DNA of 64,000 nt from NCBI GenBank assembly GCA_047495785.1, contig JBLDXI010000003.1, positions 1,674,001-1,738,000 on the forward strand, written 5' to 3'. The notes beneath the pieces were generated by a model. That model saw only the letters and a list, made by a program, of their open reading frames with translations. It was not told the DNA's origin and ran no database searches. Of the stretch, positions 38,789 to 52,514 are shown in pieces; the stretch's first letter is position 1, and each line of letters starts with the position of its first letter. The position numbers and the translations under genes were made by a program. The DNA is from Lepidodermella squamata (taxonomy: Eukaryota; Animalia; Gastrotricha).

Positions 38789-40101
38789 ATGTCTATTTAC
38801 AGCCTGGAAAATCGGAAAAATTTATTTTTGGCAATTACGACTGTATTTACTCTCCTGCTCTGCTACTTCCTTTTCAACTATCATGCTATCATTGCTAATG
38901 TGGGATGCAATGTCGTAGTCCAAACGTATGCACCCACGAACCCGCCGGAAACAACTACGGACAAAAACTGGCCTATTCTCGAAACGCAACCATGGGCGAG
39001 TCGACTCGAGCTGCTTCTTTCAACAGCAACTAATGCCGATGCCGACAAGGAGAACAGGGAACTACTACTACCCTCGCTCACCTTATTTTGGCCCATGTCC
39101 CAGCCTCTGAATCTCGCTATGGTCAGTGATAAGGAAGACCCAACTGCCCCGGCGTTTCTAGAAAATATGACAAATGTCATGGACGAACTTCGTCCCGATA
39201 ATGTGACTGTGAGGACGCTGCTGGGCGTGAAAGCCTTCCCGGGTGATGGCTGGCATAAGGCTCAATGGATGAAGCTATGGGCCGACAACTTCACGAAAAA
39301 AGAATTCGTCGGGTATATAGATACGGACACGGTTTTCACGGCTCGGGTCACTCAGCGGGACCTGTTTGTTGATGGGAAACCAATTGTCCGGCCAAGGTAC
39401 GGCAAACCAATACCGGATTGGGAATGGCCCAGGGTTCCGGAAAGAACCTTCTCACTTCTCGGAATGAAGGGCAAGTTTCGTTTCCCACGTAAATTCTGTT
39501 GAAATTGAGATTTGCAGAACCTTTCAGCTGCATGTCGTACTTTCCGATCATTGTCAAAACAGCACATTTAGCGACGGTTCGCGAAACTGTTAGAAAACAT
39601 GCCAAGAAACCTTACTTCGACGCTGTTATGGCGAAGAAAAAGGACTACTCCGAGTACGGTCTGATTTGCACGGTTTTGTGGTACTTCTTCCGCGACGAAT
39701 ACTACTGGGTGATCAATGAGATGGAACTTGGCTGGACTGGGCCAGTACCACCGGGGCAAGTGGCTGATATACAAGAAGCTGGCATTCCACCGGAAATAAT
39801 GAATAGGCAACGGCCAAGGATAGCGCTTCACTGGACTTACTTCCCCGGTCATAACGAGACAGGTGCATTCAAAACGGCGATGCGGAAAGGGTACTGCTAC
39901 TCTCTGACGCATTCTGAGAAGCGCCCTGGCTTCTGCTCGATCTACAACCGTTTCGCTTCTGTAAATGAGAATCAGTTCCAATTCGAGGTTGTTGACTATT
40001 CAAAACGAAAAGGAGCGTATGAATCGCATCTTTTACGCATAGCGGAACTGGAAAGTTTTCCTCACTCGTGGAATAAATTGCAAGTGGATGCTCTGAAATA
40101 A
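38789..40101 (+). CDS. Type II membrane DxD-motif glycosyltransferase-like protein, copy 1
   Basis: Exons 38789-39470 and 39518-40101 (GC-AG intron). Short cytosolic N-terminus, one TM helix, Thr/Pro stem, QWMKLWADNFT..EFVGYIDTDTVFT...DLFVDGKP (DxD after a hydrophobic strand, GT-A-like). Confidence 0.7.
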
Positions 40102-40778
40102 ATCGCATCACTTTTTTTAATAAGCGTAATATTTGTTTTATATGGTGCAAAACGAGCTTAATATCAGATACCGTACCAACAGAGAATAATGTTAGACTCA
40201 AGCCTCAAATAAGCGTCACGGCGGTAAGGGAATTTCAATTGTAGGAACCTCTTTTCTGAACGTTTCTTCGTGAGACCGTAAACTTTGGTCGCTAGGTCGA
40301 GTTTTACAGAGCATAGCTGCTACCAACGGGTTGAAAATCTGATCTTGGCATGTCGCCGCGGCATCAATCACAGTAGTAGTGCACTGTCACAGCAGTTGCG
40401 CTATCGGGTGCGACTGCGAACTGGCCATGTGCGCAGTATTTTCATCCTGTGTCATTAACTATGCAAATTTTTCGTAAAAAAAACAGGAAACAACATTTCC
40501 ATGCAAAAGGTTAGAGGATAAATCTCCCTTTCTTCTTATATTTCTTGTTTTTTTCACATAAATTCCCATAACGATAAAAATCAAACTTTTGTTTGGGAAT
40601 GCATGCGAAAGCTGATGAGTTGTATAGGTGATCCTTATATGCATAACACCCATGATTCTGAAGTTAAATGAACTTGTCGGCACAGCCTAATTAGTCCGAA
40701 GCCACCACTTAATGCCAACTCTTAATGCTAAGCAGTACGTATAGTTATGATGAACTACATATTATGTGCGGTTTAGCA

Positions 40779-42106
40779 ATGCTTATTTTTTACTGCCTGG
40801 AAAATCGGAAAACTTTCATATTGGCAATCTCAACTGTATTAACTCTCCTGCTCTGCTATTTACTTTTCAACTGTCATGCTACCACTTCTAATGAGGAATG
40901 CAACGTTGTAGTCCAAACGAATGCACGCCCGAACCTGCTGGAAACATCCACGGCCAAAAACCAGCGGTTGATTTCTGTCGAATCTCATTCATGGGCGAGT
41001 AATCTCGAGCTGTTTCTGTCAACGGCAACTTCTGCCGATGCTGAGAAGGAGAACAAGGAACAACTACTACCATCGCTTACCCTATTTTGGCCCATGTCCC
41101 AACCTCTGAATCTCGCTATGGTCAGTGATAAGGAGGATCCCACTGCCCCGGCGTTTCTAGAAAATATGAAGAGTTTCACGCATCAGCTTCGTCCCGGTAA
41201 TTTGACTGTTAGGACTTTGTTGGTCGAGAAGGCTTTTCCATACGATGGCTGGCACAAGTCTCAATGGATGAAGCTGTGGGCCGACAACTTCACGCAGTCG
41301 GAATTCGTAGGTTTCATAGATACGGACACGGTTTTTACCGCTCGAGTCACTCAGCGTGACCTATTTGTTGATGGAAAGCCAATCATGAGGCCGAAGTACG
41401 GCAAACCAGTACCTGCTTGGGAATGGGATAAGGTTCCAGAGAGAACCTTCAGACTTCTGGGGATGAAGGGCAAGTTTCGATTTCAAAATTCTTCTTATAT
41501 ATTATATTATAAAATGTTCCAGAACCTTTCAGCTGCATGTCGTTCTTTCCAGTGGTTGTGAAAACAGCTCATTTAGCAACCGTTCGCGAGACTATAAGAA
41601 AAAAGGCTGGGAAAGATTACTTTGACGCAGTAATGGCCAATGAAAGGTACTACTCTGAGTACGGTCTAATGTGCACTGTATTGTGGTACTTCTTTCGCGA
41701 CGAATACTACTGGGTGATCAATGAAATGGAACTAGGCTGGACGGGACCAGTACCCCCAGGGCAAGTGGCTAACCTACAAGAAGCTGGCATTCCACCGGAA
41801 ATAATGAATCGCCAACGGCCGAGTATTGCACTACACTGGACTTACTTCCCAGGTCATAGCGAGATAGATGCATTGAAAACGGCGATGCGGAAAGGGTACT
41901 GTTACTCGCTGACACGTTCCGAAAATCAGCCTGGCTTCTGCTCAATCTACAACCGTTCGGCTTCTGTTAACGAGAATCAGTTCCAATTTGAGATTGTTGA
42001 CTACTCAAAGCGAAACGGAGCGCTCGAGTCGCATCTATTGCGCTTAGAGGAACTGGAAAATTTCCCTCATTCGTGGAATAAATTGCGCGTGGATGATTTA
42101 GAATAA
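40779..42106 (+). CDS. Type II membrane DxD-motif glycosyltransferase-like protein, copy 2
   Basis: Exons 40779-41469 and 41523-42106 (GC-AG intron); highly similar to copy 1 (EFVGFIDTDTVFT). Confidence 0.7.
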
Positions 42107-42412
42107 ATCGCCATGTCTATTATAAATAATTGAAGTAAAATTGATATTGGTATTTCGTGATATCTGATTGGATTTGGCTTCTCGGATCAGTGTACATTTG
42201 ATTTTATATTCATTATTTGGATCTGGACCTTCAGATTATTTTGGTTTCGTTTCGTTCTTTGATTTCGACCTCTATTTCGGATATTTTTGATGTAGTAGCG
42301 GGTGAATCATCGCTTTCATTTGTGCGCAAAATTTGAAAAACGGCGGTAGAAACAAAAAATATCACCATTTTATTCTTTTATCATAAAAATCTTCAATCGA
42401 ACACATGATATC

Positions 42413-45319
42413 TCATCGTCCGGAAATAAGCTTCAACAAAAACGGCGAATCTGCGAAAAAGTACAGCATGAAAGAGGAAAACACGCCGAAACATAGCACC
42501 GCCAGCAGATCAAACCGCCCATTTCGAGTCACTGCATTATCATTATTTTTCACATCATCGCCCTTCTCCACGCCTGGCTTATCGACCCCGTTCGTCACCA
42601 CGTGGTCATGCGACCTGACTTTCGACTCCGATTCGGTGATAACCGTGGCCGGGTTTCCGCCGAGAACCGTCAAAACCCGGCCTCGGACCGAGTGTTTAAT
42701 CGGGGCTTCGGTGATTTCGCACCGCACCATTTTACCGAGCAGACCAGGTGCGTCCGGAATTAGAACTTGGACGTAGTTTTTCGTGTGGCCGACCAGGCAT
42801 TGGCCGTCAAATGACCGCTCGGCGATGAGAACGTCCTCGGTCCTGCCGACCAGGTAGTCGTAGGTGCGGTAACTTCGAAAAACCTCGCTCATTCGTTTTG
42901 TTCGCTCCTTGGCCTGAAGAAGAAATAGAAGAAAAAATAGAAATATAACAAGGAATCAACCAAGGAATCAACATTGCGTCTCAAATGTTTGATCATCGAC
43001 AGAATAAATTACAAATTCCGAATAATTCGAGAAATGGCGACATTGCCAATTCAAGTTCATTGCGAAGTTAGAAATTCCGCTATAAATTTATATTCATATT
43101 ATCAAAGAAATCACGTTTTAGCTCAGCTAAAATATGCCTATTCTAAATTTTTGTGAAATTTCTGAGAAGAAAAATGGTTTTAAAGCGAAGAAAATCCAAT
43201 GAATCGTCTCTGGGCATTGCGATTTTTAATAGGTTAATAAGTCAATCCAGGAAAAATCACCCCTGTTTAAGAACCCGTCGAGAAATCAAAAAAATTTCTT
43301 TCACATCTTATGTTATTGATGAGTTTTAATTCGACTGATGATATTAAGCGATGGAATTGAATAGATTGAGTGAGAAAGATTCAAGATAAAAATTTCGGCT
43401 CAATTCGGGACCCAAACGAAACGAAAACGAAATTGCTTAGGGCGGCTTGTACCGAAACGGATATCCCATTTCGGTTTGTTTCGGCCATCCGAAAATTCGT
43501 TTCATCCCTATAAAAAATTGAATTTACATTGAGTTGTCCAACTTCTGTGGCAATTTGCGTGGCCGTTGGGAATGGGTTATTAATAACGGACGCATAAGAG
43601 TTCCATAACAAAATTGATGAATTTTGTAAGTAAATTTCTATTTTTCTGTTTTTGATTAAAATATTGCGATTTTATATTTGTTTTTTAATAAAAAAGCCAA
43701 AATGTCTTTTTAACAAAAATTCAGCCAATCCTAAATTCAAATTCAAATGCTATAGCTGACCAAGCGAATTTAAATATTTTTCCGAATTCACGTAGCAAAA
43801 TGATATAAACAAGGGTTGCAGGAACTACCAGTCTGTTCATTTTGGATTCAAAAAATTTCCCGAATATTTTTAATATTTTTAATGAAATTTCAACTTACCA
43901 CAGCTTTTTCGACCTGAGGCCAGCGAGCAGCCGGTGTGCCAGGCCGCATGTAGTACTGGTTGATGAAAACCGACGGAAACTGGTACCTCTCAATCAGCGC
44001 CAAACTGGCCTGAAAATCCTCATCAGACTCGGTCGGAAACGCGCAGATAAAATCAGTCGCAATCGACATTTCCGGCAGCCGCGCCTTCAAAAACTCAACA
44101 ATCCGCCCGAAATCGTCGACATTATACTCCCGCTTCATATCCCGCAGTACAAAATCACTGCCAGATTGAACAGGAATGTGTAGAAATGCGTACACCCGAG
44201 GATGGGCCAAAATTTTCGCGATATCTTCGAGATATTCATAAATATAAGGCGGATTAGTCATGCCAATTCGCATGCGGCAATGCTCCGGGATAACCTCAAC
44301 CAGCTGGTATAGCAACTGGGGTAGCGTTACCCCGATATCTTTCCCATAAGCCCCGGTGTCTTCTGAAGTCAGCCACAACTCAACCACCCCCTGAGAAAAC
44401 GCTTCCTTCGCCCTGGCTACTATTTCCTCGGGCCGATACGACGCCAAATCGCCGCGGGCTCGTTTCGTTTTGCAATACGTGCAGTGGTTAAGGCAGCCCG
44501 AATTGATTGAAATAATTTCAACTAAAGGATTTCGTCGAATTTTCGGCAGCGACAAATCAGGCCCGGCTCGATTCGATCGATTTTCGTTTTTGCGATGGCT
44601 CGGCGCGCCTAGCAACCGAACAGTCGAGCCTTTAACCGTCTCCTCAACGACCTCGGCAACTCGTTCGATTTGATGCGTGCCAACGATGGAAATTCCGTCG
44701 AGGTAATTCGCGCCCGGCTCGGCCTGAGGCACGCAGCCGGCTGCGACGACTCGCTTGCCTTTTTTCCCCGCTTCGATCACGTCGTTCATGAAATGGTGTT
44801 CGGCCGGGGTTTTTACCGTGCAGCTATTTAGCAGCCAAACGTCGGCGGATTCTCGGTCTTCGGTGATTTGGAATCCGGCTTTTGACAGTATACCGGCCAT
44901 AAATTCGCTGTCTGATGTGTTGTGAGAACAGCCCCAGGTTCGGCTGTAAACTTTGAATTTTTCTGAAAAAATGCAAGTCGAATTTTAATAAATCAATATC
45001 TATCAATATTTGCGAAATGGAGGTTTCACCACTAAATTTTCCAATTCGTTCGGCAACATTTTTTTCGAGAAAAAATTGAGGCAATTTAGTGCTTGAAGCC
45101 TATCAAAATTTTAATAAATTTACCTGGAATATATGAGTCGCATGTGGAGTCCATTTCTTCGGTTTTTACTACCGTGTTGTCAATAAGTTTTTTACGCGGC
45201 TTCCTTGGGTGCAGCACGACGCTACCATGAGGTCTTTGCCGTTCTTCATCTTCATTCTCTTTGTTGAAAATATCTTCGATATCAGGTATCGGTTCTGAGA
45301 TACACTTTTCCGAAGGCAT
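42413..45319 (-). CDS. CDKAL1: Threonylcarbamoyladenosine tRNA methylthiotransferase (CDKAL1, radical SAM)
   Basis: Exons 45319-45124, 44962-43899, 42913-42413. [29 protein letters not shown] (UPF0004 Cys), [12 protein letters not shown] radical-SAM triad, [13 protein letters not shown] domain ([12 protein letters not shown]) and a C-terminal TM helix. Confidence 0.95.
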
Positions 45320-46379
45320 GGTAATTTAAAACCACTAAAATATATTAAAAATAATTTTCAAACGATTTTACGGTAATACAGTACTAAAATAACAGAACAT
45401 GCTCGAAACAGCTCCAAAATCGAATCGAACCTACTAATTGCCTTTAACTAATCAAGTTTTTCTCAAACCATAATCTAATCCTTGTGGAGATTAAAACTTG
45501 AAAACAGGTTCCCGAGATTCATCTCGAATCAAATAAGGATTGTTTCGCTCCAAAACTCTGCAAAAACTAGCATAATTGTTATATTCTCGACAGAGCAAAA
45601 AAAAACATTTTTCCCCATATATTTTTCCAATTGTCTCCGCAGCGCCGCTTTTAGAAAGGGATTTAGCGACCTAAAACCACCACTATGAACTCAAATAATA
45701 ATGCCGATTGGCATCTACTCAAGTTTGAAGAATCGACTCTGATAGGCATAGCTTCAATCAAATACCTACTCTCATTGGAAATTATGCTTTCCTTTAGAAA
45801 CTAATCCTCAGCATTCGCGGAAGCTTGAGATCCGAACCTAATCAGCTATGAGCCAGCCCAGTCAACTCCGCAGAAAACCGGTTTGCCGACTCGCCCACGA
45901 GCGGTCAATGATCAAGGCCAACATCAACAGTCACCCGAATGATCTTGCAGACGGCATCCATTTCAACTGTGTAAATAGAACCCATTTAGTCGCCACTGTC
46001 GCTAACGAAATTTCTTCTATTTTTGTACTCGGCATAAAATTAATATTCCTCTTATTCGCGAGCTATTAAACGTCAAACTAGTTAAATGTAATCACTGCAA
46101 TTTGCGTGTCAAAGGCCGCGCCTATGGCCACAAAGATGAGTCGTGCTGTGTATGGAAATAATCATCGTGTCTCAAAGGCAATGTTATAGTTTGTATATAA
46201 CACAGTATACCAATAAAAGGTTTTCTCTCTCTTCTGGCACGTCAACGCGAGCCAACGCCGACGGCCGTCGCCGTTTCGGCAGCCACCATGGCTACGCACG
46301 CAGCAAGAAACGACTCAATGTAACGGAAGAACAAAACAGCCTCGACTACCTCGATCTAAACATGTTCATCAGTGTAGCA

Positions 46380-46850
46380 AATTTTTTAGCAAAATTGCGG
46401 GATTACTGGACACCTATGTCTTGATTAGTTCGTTGTCCAAATCTCTTCAATCGGTCCGCACAACTGCTGACGAGAAACGCCTCGCTGTTCTTGGCTGTCT
46501 AAAATCGCTTCGTTCAACCTCGAATATGCACAATTCGAGGAGAATTCGAATGTGGTCGTTGGGCAAGGCAGAAAGCGGACGGTTTTGAGAATTGCCGACG
46601 AACGTCACCGTTTCCTTGTGGCCAGTCTATCGCCCATCGAATCGGTGATCGAGTCGTTCTGCTCAACATTTGGTTCGGTTGCTGACTCTCTGCGTCCTAT
46701 GAGCTTCGATGCCATGGACTCGGAGATGATGATTAGACGCAACGGTACGAATCCGCTGAAAGCCAACGGCATCATCGAAGATGTTCTCGATGAGCATTTT
46801 GGTGGTCGAAACGCACCTAACGCGAACATAGGTCGAACGCACGAACTTTA
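46380..46850 (+). mobile_element. Probable decayed hAT-type transposase C-terminal (dimerisation) region
   Basis: ESVIESFCSTFGSVADSLRPMSFDAMDSEMMIRRNG resembles the hAT dimerisation motif ExxFS...R....L..LM.I..NG; broken frames upstream. Confidence 0.35.
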
Positions 46851-46949
46851 TGGTCGAGAAGTCCGAGTTGGACTGCTAGGATCTCTTTTAATAATATTTC
46901 ATTCGTCGAAACCTCATGGTTTCTTGCTTTCAAAATCTCCGTTTTTTGG

Positions 46950-47520
46950 TTCTAGAACTGTTCAAATAATTGATCATTGACATTGCAAGGGCAAATGGGA
47001 TAGCGCACAAGGCAGAGGGCAAGTTCTTGTTACTACAAATTTTGGATAAAACTTTAGCGGAAAACCGCTTGGATGGGATAAAGCTCGTGATGCTCATTTT
47101 CGGGTTGCACTTTTTTCTTTGCTTTTTTTACCATAGCTTTTTTTCCTACCACGTGACTCCGATGCAACAAACTATCAGAAATAAGTTTTTCACAGATATA
47201 AAATAATAAAAAATTCAAAACTGCACGTTTATTTGTATCAATATTTATTATTGGGATTGACATTCAGTTTGACATTTATTTACAAGAAAAGCGGGCTACA
47301 GACATTTTTGCGAAGAAGTCAACGGGGAAGCCCTCTTTTTGATGCAACGCTGAAAAAAAACTTCTACCTCATGTCTCTTGTCTTTTTACGGTCAAGTTGG
47401 TCTAAAGCTCGAACTTTTGCTATTGCTACTTTCTGTCTTTTGTCCTGGGCAATTTTCATTTCAACCTGGATCCAGGTGGCGGGTGGCGAGTGCGTTCCTT
47501 GAAACTTAGCGATCTAAACT
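46950..47520 (-). mobile_element. Probable decayed MULE/FLYWCH-type transposase fragments
   Basis: Minus-strand fragments IAKFQGTHSPPATWIQVEMKIAQ (FLYWCH-tail-like) and LCAIPFA..VNDQLF (MULE LxALxFxP-like), with many stops. Confidence 0.3.
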
Positions 47521-47799
47521 TGGCGATCTGATAAACTCGAATTCAACTCAAATCAATCAACTCTTGATTTGAACTGAAGTCGAATCTGTGATAACAATAT
47601 TGTTCTTATGAATTTTGTGGAAAACTCTTTAACATGACACATTTTCCATCCTTAGCCTTGTTGAGGTCAGCAACGTATCTACCGGGTTATGAATGAGGAC
47701 CTGATTGGTAGGGATGACGGATGACCTATTTAGTAGGAGGGATGCATGGCATTTAAATTAAATTGAGAATCTAAATAGACAGGTCTGATTCCTACACTC

Positions 47800-47819
47800 A
47801 TGACGTCATCAGGAAATGT
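47800..47819 (+). promoter_or_regulatory. Palindromic CRE next to an ETS-like site upstream of SCYL2
   Basis: ATGACGTCAT (perfect CRE palindrome) immediately followed by CAGGAAATG, ~120 nt before the SCYL2 ATG. Confidence 0.45.
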
Positions 47820-47927
47820 GTGCGCGGGTAGAAACTTGCTATTCACCTGGATCCTCTTAATCTTGTTTGTTATAATTCGTTGTTATATTTTTGTGATACA
47901 TTGTTAGATTTGCATTAAAATTTTGGA

Positions 47928-50900
47928 ATGGAAGTATTCGCAAAACTTAAGTCTACTGTTGGACAGTATTTACCGGGCAATCCGCTGTCGAAAGATTACG
48001 ACATTGCGTCGCAACACACCGCTAGCTTTGGCCCTGGTCTGTTTTGGAAGGTTTACCGAGCAACATCGTACGGACCTGCTAAGCAAGAAGCATCCGTGTG
48101 CCTGTTTGAGAAAAAACAGCTCGATCAATTCAGCTCAAAGGCAGATAGAGAATACATCCTCGATGTCATTCGGAAAGGAGTTCAACAACTCACCAAATTG
48201 AGGCATCCAAGAATTCTAGCTGTTTACCATGCCTTGGAAGAAACGACCTCTGCCATGGCTTTCGCCACTGAGCCTATTTTATGCTCACTCGCGAATAAAG
48301 TCAGATACCCGAATGACCAAACCATCCCTGACGAGGCTGTGGAATTCATGTTGAAAAGCCCTCTACACGAAATTGATATTAAATTTGGCTTCGTACAGAT
48401 CTGCGAGGCTCTTTCTTTCCTGCATAATGACGCGAAGATGGTTCATGGCAATATTTGCCCTGAAAATATAGTTTTAACAATGGCGGGCGATTGGAAACTC
48501 GCCGGATTTGATTTCGCCCTACCTGCGAACCATGCTTCGGCCGGAGTTGGCGCGCTATCTTGGCCTCGTTTCAACTGGCAAAATAACATACCGGCTGTTG
48601 CTCAGCCTAATTTAGGCTATTTTGCTCCGGAAAATCATCGCAATTCAGGCTACGCCGTCACACCAGCCGCTGATATGTTTTCAATCGGCTGTTTATTCCA
48701 CACAGTTAATAACGGAGGCCGACCGATGTTAGACCCGCAAGATCGGTCTCAAAGCGGATTATCGAAGTGGGAAGACTGGGTCGAATCTGTTGTTAAAAAC
48801 GCAAGATGGGATCGTTCGCTCAAAGTCCCAAGTGAAGCCGTTCGGCACGTGCAAATGTTGCTCAGTTACGACCCGGCCGTCCGGCCTGATGCCGATCAAA
48901 CGATAAAATTACCGTTTTTTCAAGACGTCGCCGTTCAAACACTACAGTATTTAGACACTCTAGTCCAACGTGATTTAATTCAACGGTCACAGTTTTTCCG
49001 CGGCCTGCCGAAAGTTGTCGAAAAACTGCCGAAACACATTAATGTCTCGCGTGTATTGCCTCCGCTTTTTCGCGAATTTTCAAACCCGGACATGGTCCCG
49101 TTCCTACTGCCGCCGATTTTAACAATAGCCGAGCTATGCACACAGGAGGAGTATATTAAATCGGTATTTCCCGGCCTTAGTCCGGCTTTTAAAATGGTTC
49201 AACCGGTTCAAACTCCGTTAATTTTACTTCAACATATGAATTTATTACTGTCGAAAACACCGCCTAATGACGTGAAAAATTACGTGTTACCCATGGCCTA
49301 CGTCGCGTTAGAAACTGGTAATGAAACAGTACAAGAGTTGTGTTTGAATACGTTACCTACCGTTTCGGCTCTCATTGATTACGGCACGTTGAAAGCGGCC
49401 ATCATTCCGAGGATCAAGAAATTGGCGCTTGAAACTGGGCAAGTTTCGGTGAAAGTCAAGTGTATGGTGTGTATGGCGAAGCTTCTCGAGTGTATGGATA
49501 AATGGTTCGTCCTCGATCACATTCTGCCCTTCCTGCCTCAAGTGAAATCGTCTGAACCTGCAGTTATCATGACAATTCTAGGTGTGTTTATGTGTTTCTT
49601 CTGAAATAACTTTTCTCTCGAAATGACTGCCTAATGTTTGGCAAGTCATTTATGATTTAAGGAAGGGCCCATTTTTATTTACGTTTTTAGATCGATTTGT
49701 TGAGACATTCGAATTGAAAAATGAATTAAATTGAAGAAAATATTTTTCTGGACCTCCGAATCTGCTATATCGCTATTGGTTGTACACAAAATTGCTTGGA
49801 TATTCGAAAAAATCTCCGAAAAATGATGCTAGGCCCCCGCGAATCGAACCCGAGTAATGGAGGATTTTTGTTTTATTCAAGAAATTTCATGCCAAACTGC
49901 TGGAAAATCTACCCAATTTCGTGATGCAGCAATTTTTAGTCCAGTCAGTAGCAATATTGTGGATTTGGTGGTCCCACTGAGAATAACAAATTTAATCTGG
50001 AAAACGGCTTATAATCTATTTCTTCAGAAAAATTGTTAAATCTCGCCGGAAAATTAATTGGCGAAATATTAAACGAAAATTGAACGAACTGTTAAAAGAA
50101 AAATTAATTCCTTCAAAATTCATACTCTCCGATTTCCGCTGAATTTTCCCCATCTATCAGCTTTTCAAAATTTGCTCAGAACATCTTTTTTATCGGATTT
50201 TACCCGTGAATCTAAATTGCGCTATGTGGAATTATAATAATTATTTTGCTACTGTCTATTGCCTTAAGAACTTCCGGCGTTTTGACACATTCCTTTTTCA
50301 TAAAATTCCTCATCAAGTGCAAAAGCGGGAGACAAAAAATCAATCCAGATAAAATAATAACAATTTTTTATTTTTGCCATTTTCTGCACCAGTTTTGCAT
50401 AACAAAACAAAAAAATAATCATGGTTAAATTTTGTTGTTTTATTTCGCTCAGGAATTTACAAAGTGGCTCTGACTGATCGAAAGCTAGGAATAACAAAAG
50501 AAGCCCTGGTCGCGCATTGTCTTCCATTTTTGTTCCACCTGTCGCTGGAAACGACGATAAACCTCGAACAGTTCGAAGCGCTCATGGCCCTCGTGCGGCA
50601 AATGATCGAACAAGTCGAGCAGGAGCAGCGGACAAAACTGCAACAACTGGCGCTGCTACGCGATCAACACGCCACGCTGACGAATTCGATGAACGATGAA
50701 ATCGCGCAGAAATCGACCGCATTTTCCGCAAATAACTCACCCATCCCGGGCGGGATGAGGCCATCAGCCTCGAGTAACAACATCACAACCGGCCATTTAC
50801 TGCCCAACATCGCTAGTTCTTCGTCAAGTGGAGATTTAGATTTGAGCTCAAAAATGACACTTGAGGAGAAAGAACGGCTGGCTAATGTGCAAAAGCAGCA

Positions 50901-51381
50901 GAATAGGATGAAAAATGAGCCGATCCCAACGCCGGTTCAGGTTCAAAATTCGGCCAGTAGGCCGCAAAGTGCTCAAAATAACAATAACAGAAATCAAACG
51001 CTATCGCCGTCGCCGATGGGAAATCAGCCGATGCGTATGAATAAGCCGAAGGATTTAACGTCCACCTTGATCGAGCGAGAATTGGCGCAAATTGCCGTGC
51101 AAATGCCGCCGCCGCCGCAGCAACCAGCAGCGGCGAATAATTACGGTAATTTTGCGGCGAATTCAACACCGCCGGCGTGGCAAAATTCAGGCATGACGAA
51201 TTCGAACTCGTTTGGGTCGTTCAATTCGGCTTTCCCGGTTCCGCCCTCGAACAGCAGTATAAGGCCGATGGGGTTGAATTCGACTTTCCCGTCAAATTTC
51301 CCATCGCCGCCCGCTTCTTCTAATCAACAGCAGCAAACGCAACAAAAAGGGAACAAAGATCTCTTAGATTTGCTTGGCTGA
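47928..51381 (+). CDS. SCYL2: SCY1-like protein 2 (CVAK104) pseudokinase with HEAT repeats
   Basis: Exons 47928-49581 and 50453-51381. LPGNPLSKDY, GPGLFWKVY, QQLTKLRHPRIL, AFATEP, HGNICPENI, WKLAGFDF, SQFFRGLPKV, EPAVIMTILGIY; low-complexity C-terminus ending DLLDLLG. Confidence 0.92.
49821..49854 (-). pseudogene. Degenerate 3' fragment of tRNA-Thr inside the SCYL2 intron
   Basis: aaatgatgctaggcccccgcgaatcgaacccgag aligns with the minus-strand Thr copy (atcgctaggcccaggcgggaattgaacccgcg, 60378-60409), including the B-box and 3' trailer. Confidence 0.4.
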
Positions 51382-51966
51382 TTTTCCCTCATTAAAATAA
51401 TGTGCTTTATTTATTTATTAATGCGACGAAATAAAATAATAATAATGATTTATGAAACATAATAACATTCGTGCAATACTTGGTGATATGATGTGTCTGC
51501 AATTTGTGGAAAGCAACTGAAGGATTTATTGTTATTATAAATTATAAAATGAACGATTGGACAGAGTTTTACAATAAAAAATGAAATGAAGTGCGAAGAG
51601 TTTTTATTCCCAGTTTTGAATTGTCGATATCGAAATATTCAGGCATTTTTGAGCGATGCAATATCCCTAAAAATAGGCAATATTAAAAAATTTGAGTTCT
51701 ACACAATTTGCGTTACGAAAACAACGACATAAGAGCAAAAAAGCGACAAAAGAGCAAATTTAATAATTTACCTAATTATTTTTACTGCAACGACAGTAAA
51801 GCAGAATAAATGCGCGGCAAGAAAAATGCGGAAAAATGAAAATGAAAATTGAAAATCGCGTTAAAATTAAATATCGAATTTGCTCTTCGTTTTGCTGAAA
51901 ATTGTTTTTTCATGTAATTTTGTTTGCGCAAATAGCTTAGAAAATGAGCGAATTTCAATATTGTGA

Positions 51967-52224
51967 TTAAAAACTCACGTAGTAGCATTTGCAAGATTCG
52001 CAGCCATCGGCTTTTTTCCGACAAGCAGATGGAAAGCAGCGGTTTCCATTGCGGCAGTTTTTGCACTCAGCCCGTGGGATACAGAGGTCTGAGCTGACAG
52101 TTCCGCTTAGCGGCAACGGATCGTTGGCCAGGCCGATAATTTTGAGGAGGCAAGCATCCGAAAATAAATTAAGAAAAATCCAGAAGAAAATGAAGGTGTA
52201 GCTGCATTTGCGAATGAAATTCAT
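51967..52224 (-). CDS. Small secreted cysteine-rich peptide (antistasin-like C-terminal signature)
   Basis: ATG at 52224: MNFIRKCSYTFIFFWIFLNLFSDA (signal-like), then ...LCIPRAECKNCRNGNRCFPSACRKKADGCESCKCYY; it either ends VSF* at 51967 or splices TAC|gtgagt to ttgcag|TAA at 51784-51782. Confidence 0.6.
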   Translation of the reverse strand: MNFIRKCSYTFIFFWIFLNLFSDACLLKIIGLANDPLPLSGTVSSDLCIPRAECKNCRNGNRCFPSACRKKADGCESCKCYYVSF

Positions 52225-52514
52225 CGTCCAAGGCCCGAAAATTTGGCTATATAAAAAGTGTCGTGGTTTGCAGGAGGCCAAAACACTGGAACTGAAACGT
52301 CATGTTTATTTTAGCACGTCGCGAGTGATACTTCTCACCCAAGCGCTTCGAACTGACCAAGTCCGAGTAAATAATATATAACCGGTGTATGTCCGTTACG
52401 GATGGTGGGCATTCAATCGCAACGGAGTGTAACTTCGGACCATAATTGCCCGAGTTCCAACTTTGTACTTTCATTGTGCCAAAACCGCGAAATTGAAGAT
52501 CAACATATAATTTA

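Noticed and set aside
40392-40417. GC-rich 10-bp hairpin upstream of GT copy 2
   Set aside because: Isolated, not repeated near the paralogues, and lacks a Helitron CTRR end or other supporting context.
47640-47795. Possible C/D-box snoRNA upstream of SCYL2
   Set aside because: A CTGA and a short terminal stem exist, but there is no convincing RTGATGA C box or recognisable rRNA guide.
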